From an uncultured delta proteobacterium (GTDB lineage: Bacteria > Myxococcota_A > UBA9160 > UBA4427), in NCBI GenBank assembly GCA_963822965.1, contig CAWGJT010000014.1, positions 320,001 through 384,000 of the forward strand: a DNA stretch of 64,000 bases, read 5' to 3'. Each line of letters opens with the position of its first letter. Within the stretch, counting starts at the first letter, position 1. Shown one piece after another: positions 28,878 to 37,920 of the stretch. The notes under the pieces are model-generated. The model made no database searches. It was not told the origin of the DNA and saw only the letters and a list, made by a program, of their open reading frames with translations. A program made the position numbers and the translations under genes.

Positions 28878-29420
28878 GGCGAGCCCTCCTCGGGGACCGC
28901 ATCCTCTTCGAGATCGAAGGACGCGTGGATGCCGGGCGCCGTGAAGTTGCGGGCGAAGGCGAGGGCGTACTCGATCGCTCCGAGCGCCAGGCCGGCGGGC
29001 ACGACGACGTACACCAGCCAGAGCGGGACGCGCAGGGCCGGCGTCACCCCGCCGATGGCGTGCGCGGTCGCGACGTACTGCACCGCCAGCGCGGCGAGCA
29101 CGAAGAGCAGCGCAGAGGTGCCCGCGGTGATCGCCATCCACGACACCTTCCGCGCGGTGCCGCGGAGCTGGTCGTAGAACGCGGCCATGCGGATGTGCCG
29201 GGCCCTCCGGGCCGCGAGACCCACGCCCGCGAACGTGATCCAGAGCGCCAGCGCCTGGTTCACCTCCTCGGCGAAGGGCAGGCTCGCCGCCGAACACGTT
29301 GCGCGCGAAGACGTTGGCGATGCTCACGCCCGCGATGCCGAGGATGCCCGCGGCGAGCAGCGCGTGCTCGATGCGGAGCAGCCCCCGATCGAAGGCGAGC
29401 AGGGCCTCGCGCACCTTCAC
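28874..29420 (-). CDS. teaB: TRAP transporter small permease (TeaB-like), frameshift near 29290
   Basis: ANVFARN...FAEEVNQ...ITFAGVGLAARRARHIRMAAFYDQL, TPALRVPLW. Confidence 0.85.
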
Positions 29421-29509
29421 GGGCGTCGTTCCTGGCCTGGACGGCGTTCCTGGAGAGGAGAACGCATTCTGGTAGGGTTGCGCGAGGGAAACCGGATGTG
29501 GGAGAAGCA

Positions 29510-30535
29510 ATGCGATTTCGAGATCTCGCCGTCGCGGCCGCGGCGTTGGCCGCCGTGGCCTGCCACTCGTCCTCGGACGGAGAGGTGTGGCGCTTCGCGA
29601 TCGAGGAGATCGAGGGCAGCGTCCAGTACGACTACGCGACGCGCTTCGAGTCGCTCGTCGAGGAACGGACGAACGGCGCGGTGTCGGTCGAGGTGTATCC
29701 CTACGGCAGCCTGGGAACCTCGGCCCAGCTCTCCGAGCAGGTCCAGAGCGGCGCGCTGCAGCTCGCCTTCGCCTCGCCCGGACATCTGGGCTCGGTGATC
29801 CCCGAGGTGCAGGTCTTCTCGCTCCACTTCCTGCTCTCGGACGACGAGGCCGTGAACCAACGGGTCCTGACCGAAGACGCCCCGTTTCGAAGGCTGCTGG
29901 ACGAGGCCTATCGGGAGCGCCAGCTCGAGCTGCTGGCGATCGTGCCGGAAGGCTGGATGGTGTGGACGGCGAATCGGCCGCTGCGAACGCCCGATGACTT
30001 CGCCGGCCTGAAGATCCGGACCATGGTCTCGCCCCTTCTCGTCGAGGCGTATGCGGCCTACGGCGCCAATCCCACGCCCATGCCCTATGCGGAGGTCTAC
30101 GGGGGGCTCCAGCTGGGGATGATCGACGCCCAGGTCAATCCCGTCTTCGCCATCGAGGAGATGAGCTTCTACGAGGTGCAGGACTACATGACCTTCGCCC
30201 ATCACGCCCCCTTCGTCTCGACGGTGGTCGCGAGCCCGGCCTTCGTGGCGGGCCTCGCTCCGGAGCGGCGCGCGCTCCTCGACGACGTGCTCCACGAGCT
30301 CGACGGGTACGTCTTCGAGACCCAGCGGCGCCTCAACCGCGAGCGCCTGGACGTGATCCTGCGGGCCGGAGGTACCGAGGTGGTGACCCTCGACGATTCG
30401 GAGCGGGCGACGTTCCGGGCGCTCAGCCTGCCGGTCCGCGAGACGTACGTGGAGATGGCCGGACCGCGCGGCCGCGCGATCCTCGACTCGCTGGAGGCGA
30501 CGGTGCGAGACGCGCAGTCGGCTTCCGGCTCGTAG
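29510..30535 (+). CDS. teaA: TRAP substrate-binding protein (ectoine TeaA-like), lipoprotein
   Basis: [53 protein letters not shown]; lipobox AVAC. Confidence 0.88.
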   Translation: MRFRDLAVAAAALAAVACHSSSDGEVWRFAIEEIEGSVQYDYATRFESLVEERTNGAVSVEVYPYGSLGTSAQLSEQVQSGALQLAFASPGHLGSVIPEVQVFSLHFLLSDDEAVNQRVLTEDAPFRRLLDEAYRERQLELLAIVPEGWMVWTANRPLRTPDDFAGLKIRTMVSPLLVEAYAAYGANPTPMPYAEVYGGLQLGMIDAQVNPVFAIEEMSFYEVQDYMTFAHHAPFVSTVVASPAFVAGLAPERRALLDDVLHELDGYVFETQRRLNRERLDVILRAGGTEVVTLDDSERATFRALSLPVRETYVEMAGPRGRAILDSLEATVRDAQSASGS

Positions 30536-30563
30536 ACGTCCCATCGCGCGCAGCCGCGCCGCG

Positions 30564-31455
30564 CTAGGCCACGAGCGGCGTGTAGTCGCGGCTGGCGATG
30601 TGCTCCGGTCGGCGCTCCTGCTCCGAGAACGGCTCCTCCAGCGGGTTCTCGACGCTGTTGTAGACGAGGAAGACGTTGCTCCGGGGCCAGGGCGTGATGT
30701 TGCCGTTCGAGCCGTGCATGGTGTTGCAGTCGAACAGGACGACGGTACCCGGCGGGCCGACGGGGGCCTCGATGCCGCCCTGCGCGAGGTGCTCGAGGAT
30801 GGCCGGGTCCGGGACGCCGTGCTCCTGGCGGCGCAGGGAACGCTCGTAGTGGCGTTCCGGTGTCCGACCGGCGCAGGAGACGAAGTGCTGGTGCGATCCG
30901 GGAATCAGCATCAGCGGGGCCGTTGTGGACGTTGTTCTCCAGCAGGCTCAGCGAGACGCTCACCGCGCGCATCCGGGGCATGCCGTCCTCGACGTGCCAG
31001 GTCTCGAAGTCGGAATGCCAGAAGAACTCGCGGCCGCGGAAGGCCGGCTTGTAGTTGATGCGCGACTGGTGGACGTAGGCCGGGCGTCCCGAGGATCTGC
31101 GTGACGGCCCCCAGCAGGCGCGGCTGCGGCTGCCAGGCGCGCGAAGGTGGGGCTCGATCGGTGGATCGCGAAGATCGAGCGGACCTCGCCGCTCCCCGGC
31201 TCGGCGACCACCTCGGGGGCGCCGCTCCCGGTCAGTTCCCTGCGCGAAGCCGCGCCGCCTGTTCCCGCAGCGCCCGCGGTCTCGTCCGGGTCGAAGAACG
31301 ATCCAACGACGAGGAACCCCCTGCGCTCGAAGCCCTCGAGCTGGGCCGGGGAGAGCGGGCCCGTCCGGTGAAGCGCCGTGCACGACCGGGTCCTTGCGCG
31401 GGAGGATCGCCGCCTGCCCGCCGACGCGCGACGGATAGAGGTCCTGCCGGGTCAC
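30564..31455 (-). CDS. ectD: Ectoine hydroxylase, frameshifted
   Basis: [15 protein letters not shown], signature [37 protein letters not shown]. Confidence 0.95.
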
Positions 31456-31852
31456 GCGTTCCTCCTCGTCGGTCAGCAGCGGGTAGGCGCCGTCGGGGCC
31501 GTGCACCTCGCGGCCGGTACACGGCGGATTGAAGACGCACACCATGCGGAGCTGCGACTTGGCGCGCAGCACGTGGCGCTCGTGCCCGTCGAGCGCGTAG
31601 AGGGTGCCCGGACGGATCGCATGGGTCGGACCGTCGGGCAGCAGCTGGATCTCGCCCTCTCCCTCGATGCAGTAGACCGCCTCGACGTGGTGCTTGTACT
31701 CCATCTCCGTCTCGGTGCCGGCTGCCAGCACCGTGTCGTGCATCGAGAAGCCCATGCCGTCGCGTGCCAGCAGAAGGCGTCGGCTCACCCAGGTGGGCGC
31801 CTCCACCTCGCGATCGCGTCCCGCGCAGGTCTTCGAGGTGTCGGACGATCAT
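31452..31852 (-). CDS. ectC: Ectoine synthase, frameshift near 31815
   Basis: [53 protein letters not shown]...GAY. Confidence 0.95.
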
Positions 31853-33136
31853 CGCGAGCCCTCCGCTGCGCCGGCTGTCCTGACGGCGCGCGACGGCGTG
31901 GACCGACGCCTCCAGCATATCGAGCCCGTCCTTGAGGGCGACCTCGTCGATGTTGAGGGGCGGCATCACCTTGGCGACGTTGCCTTCCGGGCCGGCCGTC
32001 TCCATGATGAGGCCGCGTTCGAAGGCGTTGCCGGCAGATCCGCTCGGCCAGCTCGGGCTCGCTCGCAGGCGATCCCCTGGATGAGACCCAGGCCGCGGAT
32101 CTCGGCCTCGAGCCCGGGGCTGGTCTCCACGATGGCCTCGAGGCGCGTGCGGACGACGTCGCCGACGGCCTCCACGCGTCGCGACAGGCCGTCGTTCTGC
32201 CAGTACGTCTCGAGCGCGGCATCGTGCCGTGACGAAGGCCGGGTTGTGGCCCCGGAACGTGCCGTTGTGCTCCCCCGGCGCCCAGACGTCGAGGTCCGGT
32301 CGGATCAGCAGGATGGCCAGTGGGAGCCCGTATCCCGAGAGCGATTTCGAGAGGCAGACGAGGTCGGGCGCGATGCCCGCCCGCTCGAAGCTGAAGAAGG
32401 GGCCCGTGCGGCCGCATCCCACCTGGATGTCGTCCACGATCATCAGGATGCCGTGGGCGCGGCAGATCTGCTCGAGCCGGCGCAGCCAGGGAGCGCTCGC
32501 GACGTTGATGCCGCCCTCGGCCTGCACGGTCTCGAGGATCACGGCCGCGGGCACGTCGACCCCCGATCCGTCGTCGGCCACCAGGGCGTCGAAGTAGTCG
32601 AGCGTGTCGACGTCGTCGCCCAGGTACCCGTCGAAGGGCATGGTGTCTCCCAGGGTCAGCGGCACGCCCGCGCCGCGGCGCTTGAAGCCGTTGCCGGTGA
32701 TGGCGAGGGAGCCGAGCGTCATGCCGTGGAAGGCATTGGTGAAGCTCACGATCGTCTCGCGGCCCGTCACCTTGCGCGCCAGCTTGAGCGCGGCTTCGAC
32801 CGCGTTGGTGCCCGTCGGCCCCGGGAACTGGACGCGGTACTCGAGCCTTCGCGGCACCAGCACGATCTCTTCCAGCGCCTCGAGGAACTCCGCCTTGGCG
32901 GAGGTGGCCATGTCGAGGCTGTGCACGATTCCGTCGTCGGTGAGATAGCGAAGCAGCTCGCGCTTCATGCGCGGCTCGTTGTGTCCGTAGTTGAGCGCGC
33001 CGGCGCCGCTGAAGAAGTCCACGTAGCTGCGGTCGTCCTCGTCCGTGAGCCGTGCGCCCTGGGCGCGCGTGAAGACGGTCGGAAAGGAGCTGCAGTAGCC
33101 ACGCACCTCGGATTCGAGCCGCTCGAAGATTTCCAT
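31849..33136 (-). CDS. ectB: Diaminobutyrate-2-oxoglutarate transaminase, frameshifted in the 3' third
   Basis: MEIFERLESEVRGY, DFFSGAGALNYGHN, QFPGPTGTNAVE, DDIQVGCGRTG, SKS (PLP Lys), PGEHNGTFRG. Confidence 0.95.
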
Positions 33137-33344
33137 GGCGAAGAGATTTCCTCCTTCTTCCACTGCCTGCTGGTGTTGCTGCGGCCCTCGTGGCCGCAGG
33201 AATTCGGGGTCGAGGGGGCGCACGCCGACGCCGCGCCGCGCGTCGGGCTCCGGACGAGCGGATGGATCGCGGCTGTGCCGACTTCCCCGGGGGATTCGGA
33301 GACGTGCGGGGGTTCGCGTGGGACGCGTTGGGAAGGTGCCAGAT

Positions 33345-33460
33345 CTATCGGATACGATGGATTTCGATGTCATGGAACCCATTGATTTTGTTGTATTTCA
33401 TGATTTGTAAAGCGAGATATTGCATTGTATCGGATGAACTGGCGGGGCTCTGTATAGCAG
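33345..33460 (-). promoter_or_regulatory. AT-rich promoter/regulatory patch upstream of ectBCD
   Basis: The most conspicuous AT-rich stretch in the window, about 200 bp upstream of the ectB SD (AAGGAGG). Confidence 0.55.
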
Positions 33461-33619
33461 AGATGCAGGCCGGGTTACCCGCTGCGAACGAGGAGACCCA
33501 GCGGATTTCCGCCGTCGCGGCCGGGCCAGGAGCCCCACGGGTGCTCCCGCAGCGGTCGGCGCTCACCCCGGCGCGCGCCGGGGGGAGCCCCGGGGCCGAG
33601 GGCGACGCGCGGAGCGGGC

Positions 33620-34849
33620 TCAGCCGGTCCGCGTCACCTCGAGGAAGACCTCTTTGAAGCGGGCCATGTCTTCGGGGCTGCCGAGAGAGATGCGGACGTG
33701 GGTGGGCCAGACGGGCCACGGGCGGCCGATGTAGACGCCCCGCGCCGCCATGGCCTCGATCACCTGCCCGGTGGGCATGCGCGCGTCGACCATCAGCTTC
33801 GAGCTCACCGAGGGCGTGTAGGCGAAGCCGTGCGCGTCCAGGAATCGCATCAGGTCGGCACGGACGCCGGCCATCATCTTCTTGCGCCGGGGGACGAGCT
33901 CGGGCTCCTGCAGCATGGCGTTGGCGGCCGCCATCGCCGTGGCGGGCATGGCCCCCGCCTTGTACGCGGTGACCCGGGCGAGGAGGTCGGGGCGGGCGAT
34001 GGCGAAGCCCGCGCGCAGCCCGGCCATGCCGTAGATCTTGGAGAAGGTCCGCAGCACGACCACGTCCTTGCCGGCCCGCACGAGATCGATGCCCGGCGGC
34101 TCGTCGCACAGGTGGATGTAGGCCTCGTCGAGCAGCATGACGCTGCCGGCGGGCCGGTGCTCGTAGAGCCACTCGATCTCGGCGCGGGGGGTTACCGTGC
34201 CCGTCGGATTGTTGGGATTGCAGACGTAGAACAGCCCCGTCGGCGTCTCGCCAGCCGCTGCGAGCATGCCCTTCACGTCGTGGGCGCCGCCCTTCGCCAA
34301 CGGGACGCGCACCACCCGGGCTCCGATCCACTCCGCCGCTCGGGCGGCCGCCTCGTAGCCCGGGTCGGAGGTGACGAGCGCGCGACCGGGCGACGTGAAG
34401 GCGATGACGGCATGATGGAGGGCGAGGCTGGAGCCCGGGTAGGCGGCGAAGTGGTCCGCCGCGAGGCCCTCCATCCGGGCCGCCGTCGCCAGCAGGTCGT
34501 CCGTCTCGGGGTACTGGTAGCGATTGCCCCGGCGCGCGACCGCCAGGAGGGCCTCCAGTGCACGCTCCGAGGGGCCCACCGGGAACTCGTTGGCGTTGAT
34601 CTTGACGGCGCCCTCGGGCAGTCGTCCGCCCAGGCTCGAGAGCTGGGCGAGCGCCGTCTCCGACGAGAAGGGCAGCGTCGCCCCCGCCCCCACCAGGGCG
34701 ATCACCCGCATCAGGCCGCGCCGGGTGAAGCCCCGGGCCGAGAGGTCGTCCAGGATCTCCGCCGGCAGGCTGCCCGCGGCTCCGGTGCCGGCGCGAGCCC
34801 CGGCGGGCTCGCTGAAGACGGTCGTGGTCGGTCGGTCGACGGCATGCAT
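33620..34849 (-). CDS. PLP-dependent class I/II (HisC-like) aminotransferase with twin-arginine signal
   Basis: FTRRGLMR followed by a hydrophobic stretch and ALA; NANE, CNPNNPTG, DEAY, RTFSKIYGMAGLRAG. Confidence 0.9.
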   Translation of the reverse strand: MHAVDRPTTTVFSEPAGARAGTGAAGSLPAEILDDLSARGFTRRGLMRVIALVGAGATLPFSSETALAQLSSLGGRLPEGAVKINANEFPVGPSERALEALLAVARRGNRYQYPETDDLLATAARMEGLAADHFAAYPGSSLALHHAVIAFTSPGRALVTSDPGYEAAARAAEWIGARVVRVPLAKGGAHDVKGMLAAAGETPTGLFYVCNPNNPTGTVTPRAEIEWLYEHRPAGSVMLLDEAYIHLCDEPPGIDLVRAGKDVVVLRTFSKIYGMAGLRAGFAIARPDLLARVTAYKAGAMPATAMAAANAMLQEPELVPRRKKMMAGVRADLMRFLDAHGFAYTPSVSSKLMVDARMPTGQVIEAMAARGVYIGRPWPVWPTHVRISLGSPEDMARFKEVFLEVTRTG

Positions 34850-34984
34850 GGCGGCTCCTCCCTGTGCCTCCGCCGAACGCCCACTGGCTGAAAAGCGACG
34901 CCCGGGTGGCTACCCGCGCCGGTCGATATTAGCTTCCCCGCCCTCACGGACCCGCATCGGGTGTGGAGAAGGAAGGAGCAGCGA

Positions 34985-35299
34985 ATGGCAGCCAGGAAGA
35001 AGCGCGGCGGCAGCAAGAAGGCGAGCCGCGGAAAGAAGAGGAGTGTGAAGAAGAAGGCGGCGAAGAAGCCGGCCGGAAAGAAGAAGGGCGCCTCCAAGAA
35101 GGCCACAAAGAAGAAGGCCACAAAGAAGAAGGTCGGAAAGAAGAAGGCCGGCAGGAAGAAGGCCGGCAGGAAGACCGGCCGCTCGAAGCCCTCGACCCGG
35201 AAGGCCACGAGCAGGACGGGAACGAGCGACACCCCCGTGACCTACAGCGATATCCGTCGCTCCACGCCGATCCTGTCGCGACTGCTTCGCGGCAGCTGA
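34985..35299 (+). CDS. Histone H1-like Lys/Ala-rich basic protein
   Basis: AAGGAG SD; KKAAKK, KKATKK and KKAGRKK repeats; short non-repetitive C-terminus VTYSDIRR. Confidence 0.75.
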   Translation: MAARKKRGGSKKASRGKKRSVKKKAAKKPAGKKKGASKKATKKKATKKKVGKKKAGRKKAGRKTGRSKPSTRKATSRTGTSDTPVTYSDIRRSTPILSRLLRGS

Positions 35300-35447
35300 G
35301 CGCCCGCCGGGCTCGCCGACCGCCGGGTCGGCGAGCTCCCGGCCCACGGCCAGGGCAGGCCCACCTACCGCTCGCCGGGCTACACGGAGGCTGGCGGCAA
35401 CCGGGTCGAGGGCCGCTGAGCGTCTCGCGTTGGCTGGCGCCGGCCCG

Positions 35448-36788
35448 CTACCAGTGCCAGCCCCAGTCCTGCTCGAAGTCGTTGAGCTGAACCACGACCC
35501 GGGACTGGGTCGACGGCAGGTTCGGCACGTTCACCATGCGCGCCGCCCCGAAGTCGCCCCGCGGAACCGTCAGGACCGAGACGGTACCCGGCGGGTCCGT
35601 CGGAATGAACAGGTCGGCACCGGTGAGGAAGCCCAGGAACGGGAACGGGTTCGGGACGCTCGTCAGGTGGTCGACGCCGTCGGAGCCCACGTCGAAGAGG
35701 AAGAACGCCGACGAGGCCGCGCCGACCGCGCCGGAAGGCGCCGTGGTCGGGTTGATGACGTCCGTCCCGTTGATGGAGAGGACGTCGTTCTGGGCGCCCC
35801 GATCCCCCCAGAACTCCTTGAAGCGCACCACCGTCAGGGCCGTGTGGGCGTCGCTCGACTCGATGAACGGAGCGAGCCCGAGCGCCACGTTGAGCCGCAC
35901 CAGATCGTCGCTGTGGAAGAACGGCTCGTAGTAGTAGTTCAGGTCGGTGTCGCCTTCGCGCGTCACGGCGAGCTCATAGTGCTTGCCGATCCAGGCACGG
36001 AAGGGGCCGAACTCGCCGTCGGGACCGATCGCCCAGGTGGCCACCGGATGGTGACCAACGCGCTCGCCGGTGTCGCCGTCCACGCGCCAGACCTCCAGGG
36101 TGGCGCCGTCGAGGCCGGTGTTCTGGGGGAAGGCCGTCACCCTGCCGGAGATCCTGGGCCGGATCTCGGGCAGGATCTTCGACGTGAGCGGCGGATGTCC
36201 ACGGAAGAAGCCGTACATCTCGACGAACGACTCCTCGGACGTCGCCACCTGGATGTGCTCCTGGTCGGGCACCGTTACGTTGACGGCGCCGACGATCTCG
36301 GGCGCCGGGTCGCGGTCGATGGCGCCGGCCCACAGGGCGAGTGTGGGTACCCCGCCCGGCGGCGCGGCGGCGGGAGCGCCGTCGATGTTCACGTAGTGGG
36401 CCACGTTGGCAGCGCGCTCGGGCGTGGACAGGTAGCTCTGGGACACGAAGGTGCCGAGCGAATGCCCGAGGAGATCCACCTGGTCGCGACCGGTCTCCGC
36501 CTGCAGCTCGGCGATGAGGTCGTCGAGTCGGGCGAGGACGTCGGGAAGGATCGTGCCGATGGACGAGGAGTCGTACTCGAGCACGCGGATGTAGCTCTGC
36601 GGGTAGCCGTTGCTCGTGAAGCGCATGGCCTGGGACTCGAACTGGGCGCCGGATCCGGAGCCGCCGTGCACGAAGATCATCGGGTTGAGGTCCTTCTTCT
36701 CGCAGGACCCGAATCCCAGCAGGATGGGGAGCGCCAGGGCCACCAGCGCCCAGCGCAGCGCTTGCAGTGCCTTCCGGTGCTTCTGCAT
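35448..36788 (-). CDS. Lipoprotein lipase, alpha/beta hydrolase (Archaeoglobus AFL-like with C-terminal extension)
   Basis: Lipobox FGSC; IFVHGGSGSGAQFESQAMRFTSNGYP, GHSLG nucleophile elbow, QEHIQVATS. Confidence 0.85.
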   Translation of the reverse strand: MQKHRKALQALRWALVALALPILLGFGSCEKKDLNPMIFVHGGSGSGAQFESQAMRFTSNGYPQSYIRVLEYDSSSIGTILPDVLARLDDLIAELQAETGRDQVDLLGHSLGTFVSQSYLSTPERAANVAHYVNIDGAPAAAPPGGVPTLALWAGAIDRDPAPEIVGAVNVTVPDQEHIQVATSEESFVEMYGFFRGHPPLTSKILPEIRPRISGRVTAFPQNTGLDGATLEVWRVDGDTGERVGHHPVATWAIGPDGEFGPFRAWIGKHYELAVTREGDTDLNYYYEPFFHSDDLVRLNVALGLAPFIESSDAHTALTVVRFKEFWGDRGAQNDVLSINGTDVINPTTAPSGAVGAASSAFFLFDVGSDGVDHLTSVPNPFPFLGFLTGADLFIPTDPPGTVSVLTVPRGDFGAARMVNVPNLPSTQSRVVVQLNDFEQDWGWHW

Positions 36789-36936
36789 GACCGATTCCTC
36801 CTCGTTCTTCCGGCTTCGTTCGGGGCTCCCTCGGGCGCCGCGCCCGGGACCTCGTCCCGTCGGGGTCTCGACCGGTTCCAGTGTCAGCGTGCACCAGGAT
36901 TGGCGGCAATCGATATGGATTCTCGTGATACAGTGT

Positions 36937-36951
36937 ATTCACGCCATGAAT
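36937..36951. promoter_or_regulatory. LysR T-N11-A box overlapping the lysR start
   Basis: ATTCA-CGCCA-TGAAT inverted repeat in the divergent lipase/LysR region. Confidence 0.6.
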
Positions 36952-37866
36952 CTTCGTTCGGTGGACCTGAACCTGCTCGTGGCTCTGGACGCGCTGGTCG
37001 CGGAGCGGAGCGTCACCCGCGCCGGTCGGCGCCTGGGGTTGAGCCAGCCTGCCGCGAGCAATGCGCTGCGGCGCCTGCGGCAGACCCTCGACGACCCGGT
37101 GCTGGTCCGGACGTCGAGGGGCATGGTGCCGACCCCACGCGCCCTGGAGCTGGTCGGCCCGGTCCGCAAGCTGCTGGCGGAGCTGGACGCGGCCCTCAGC
37201 ACGGAGAAGGCGTTCGATCCCGCCCGTGCCGAGCACGTCTTCCGGGTGACGGCCGTGGACCACGCCTGGGTGGTGCTGCTGCCCCATCTGGCGAGGCTCC
37301 TCGCCGAGCAGGCCCCTTGGGTCCGGCTGGACTTCTGCGCGTTCAGCGATTCCATCGACGACGATCTCGAGTCGGGCAGCGTCGATGCCGCCATCCTGGT
37401 GGGGACGGCCAACGGCCGGGGTGCGGGCTTCCGGCGCGCGGAGCTCTACGATGATCACTTCGACTGCCTGGTGCGCCGGGGTCATCCGCGCGTCGGGCGG
37501 CGGCTCACCCTGAAGCGCTATCTCGAGCTCGGCCACGTCCTGGCGTCGCCCCGCAGCCGCCGGGGCGGGCTCGTCGACCGCGCCTTGCAGAAGCGGGGGC
37601 TCGTTCGTCGCGTCCACGTGATCGTTCCGCACTTCGTGGCGGCGCCGTTCGTGGTGGCCCAGACCGATCTCATCGCCACGCTCCCGCGCGGCGTCGCGCG
37701 ACCGTTCTCGGAGATGCTCGACCTGCGCGTCTTTCCGCCGCCCGTGGCCTTCGAAGGGGGGCCCTGGTACCTCGTCTGGCACGAGCGGACCCTTCACGAT
37801 CCCGCCCACGCCTGGCTGCGTGAGCAGATCCTGGCGGTGAGCGTCGGGTTGCGGGGCACCACGTAG
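36946..37866 (+). CDS. LysR family transcriptional regulator (NodD/NahR-like)
   Basis: MNLRSVDLNLLVALDAL..ERSVTRAG..LGLSQPAASNALRRLR; C-terminal WHER...DPAHAWLR. Confidence 0.93.
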   Translation: MNLRSVDLNLLVALDALVAERSVTRAGRRLGLSQPAASNALRRLRQTLDDPVLVRTSRGMVPTPRALELVGPVRKLLAELDAALSTEKAFDPARAEHVFRVTAVDHAWVVLLPHLARLLAEQAPWVRLDFCAFSDSIDDDLESGSVDAAILVGTANGRGAGFRRAELYDDHFDCLVRRGHPRVGRRLTLKRYLELGHVLASPRSRRGGLVDRALQKRGLVRRVHVIVPHFVAAPFVVAQTDLIATLPRGVARPFSEMLDLRVFPPPVAFEGGPWYLVWHERTLHDPAHAWLREQILAVSVGLRGTT

Positions 37867-37920
37867 CCCGCCGCGCCCACCGTCGCGCGACCGGCTTCGA
37901 TACCGTCGCGGATCGCGTGC

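Noticed and set aside
31840..31900. Apparent EctB-EctC fusion
   Set aside because: ATGA overlap with an upstream GGAGG and nearby compensating indels indicate two coupled genes
33137..33382. N-terminal extension of EctB or an ectA remnant
   Set aside because: No GNAT/EctA similarity; a strong SD directly precedes ATG 33136
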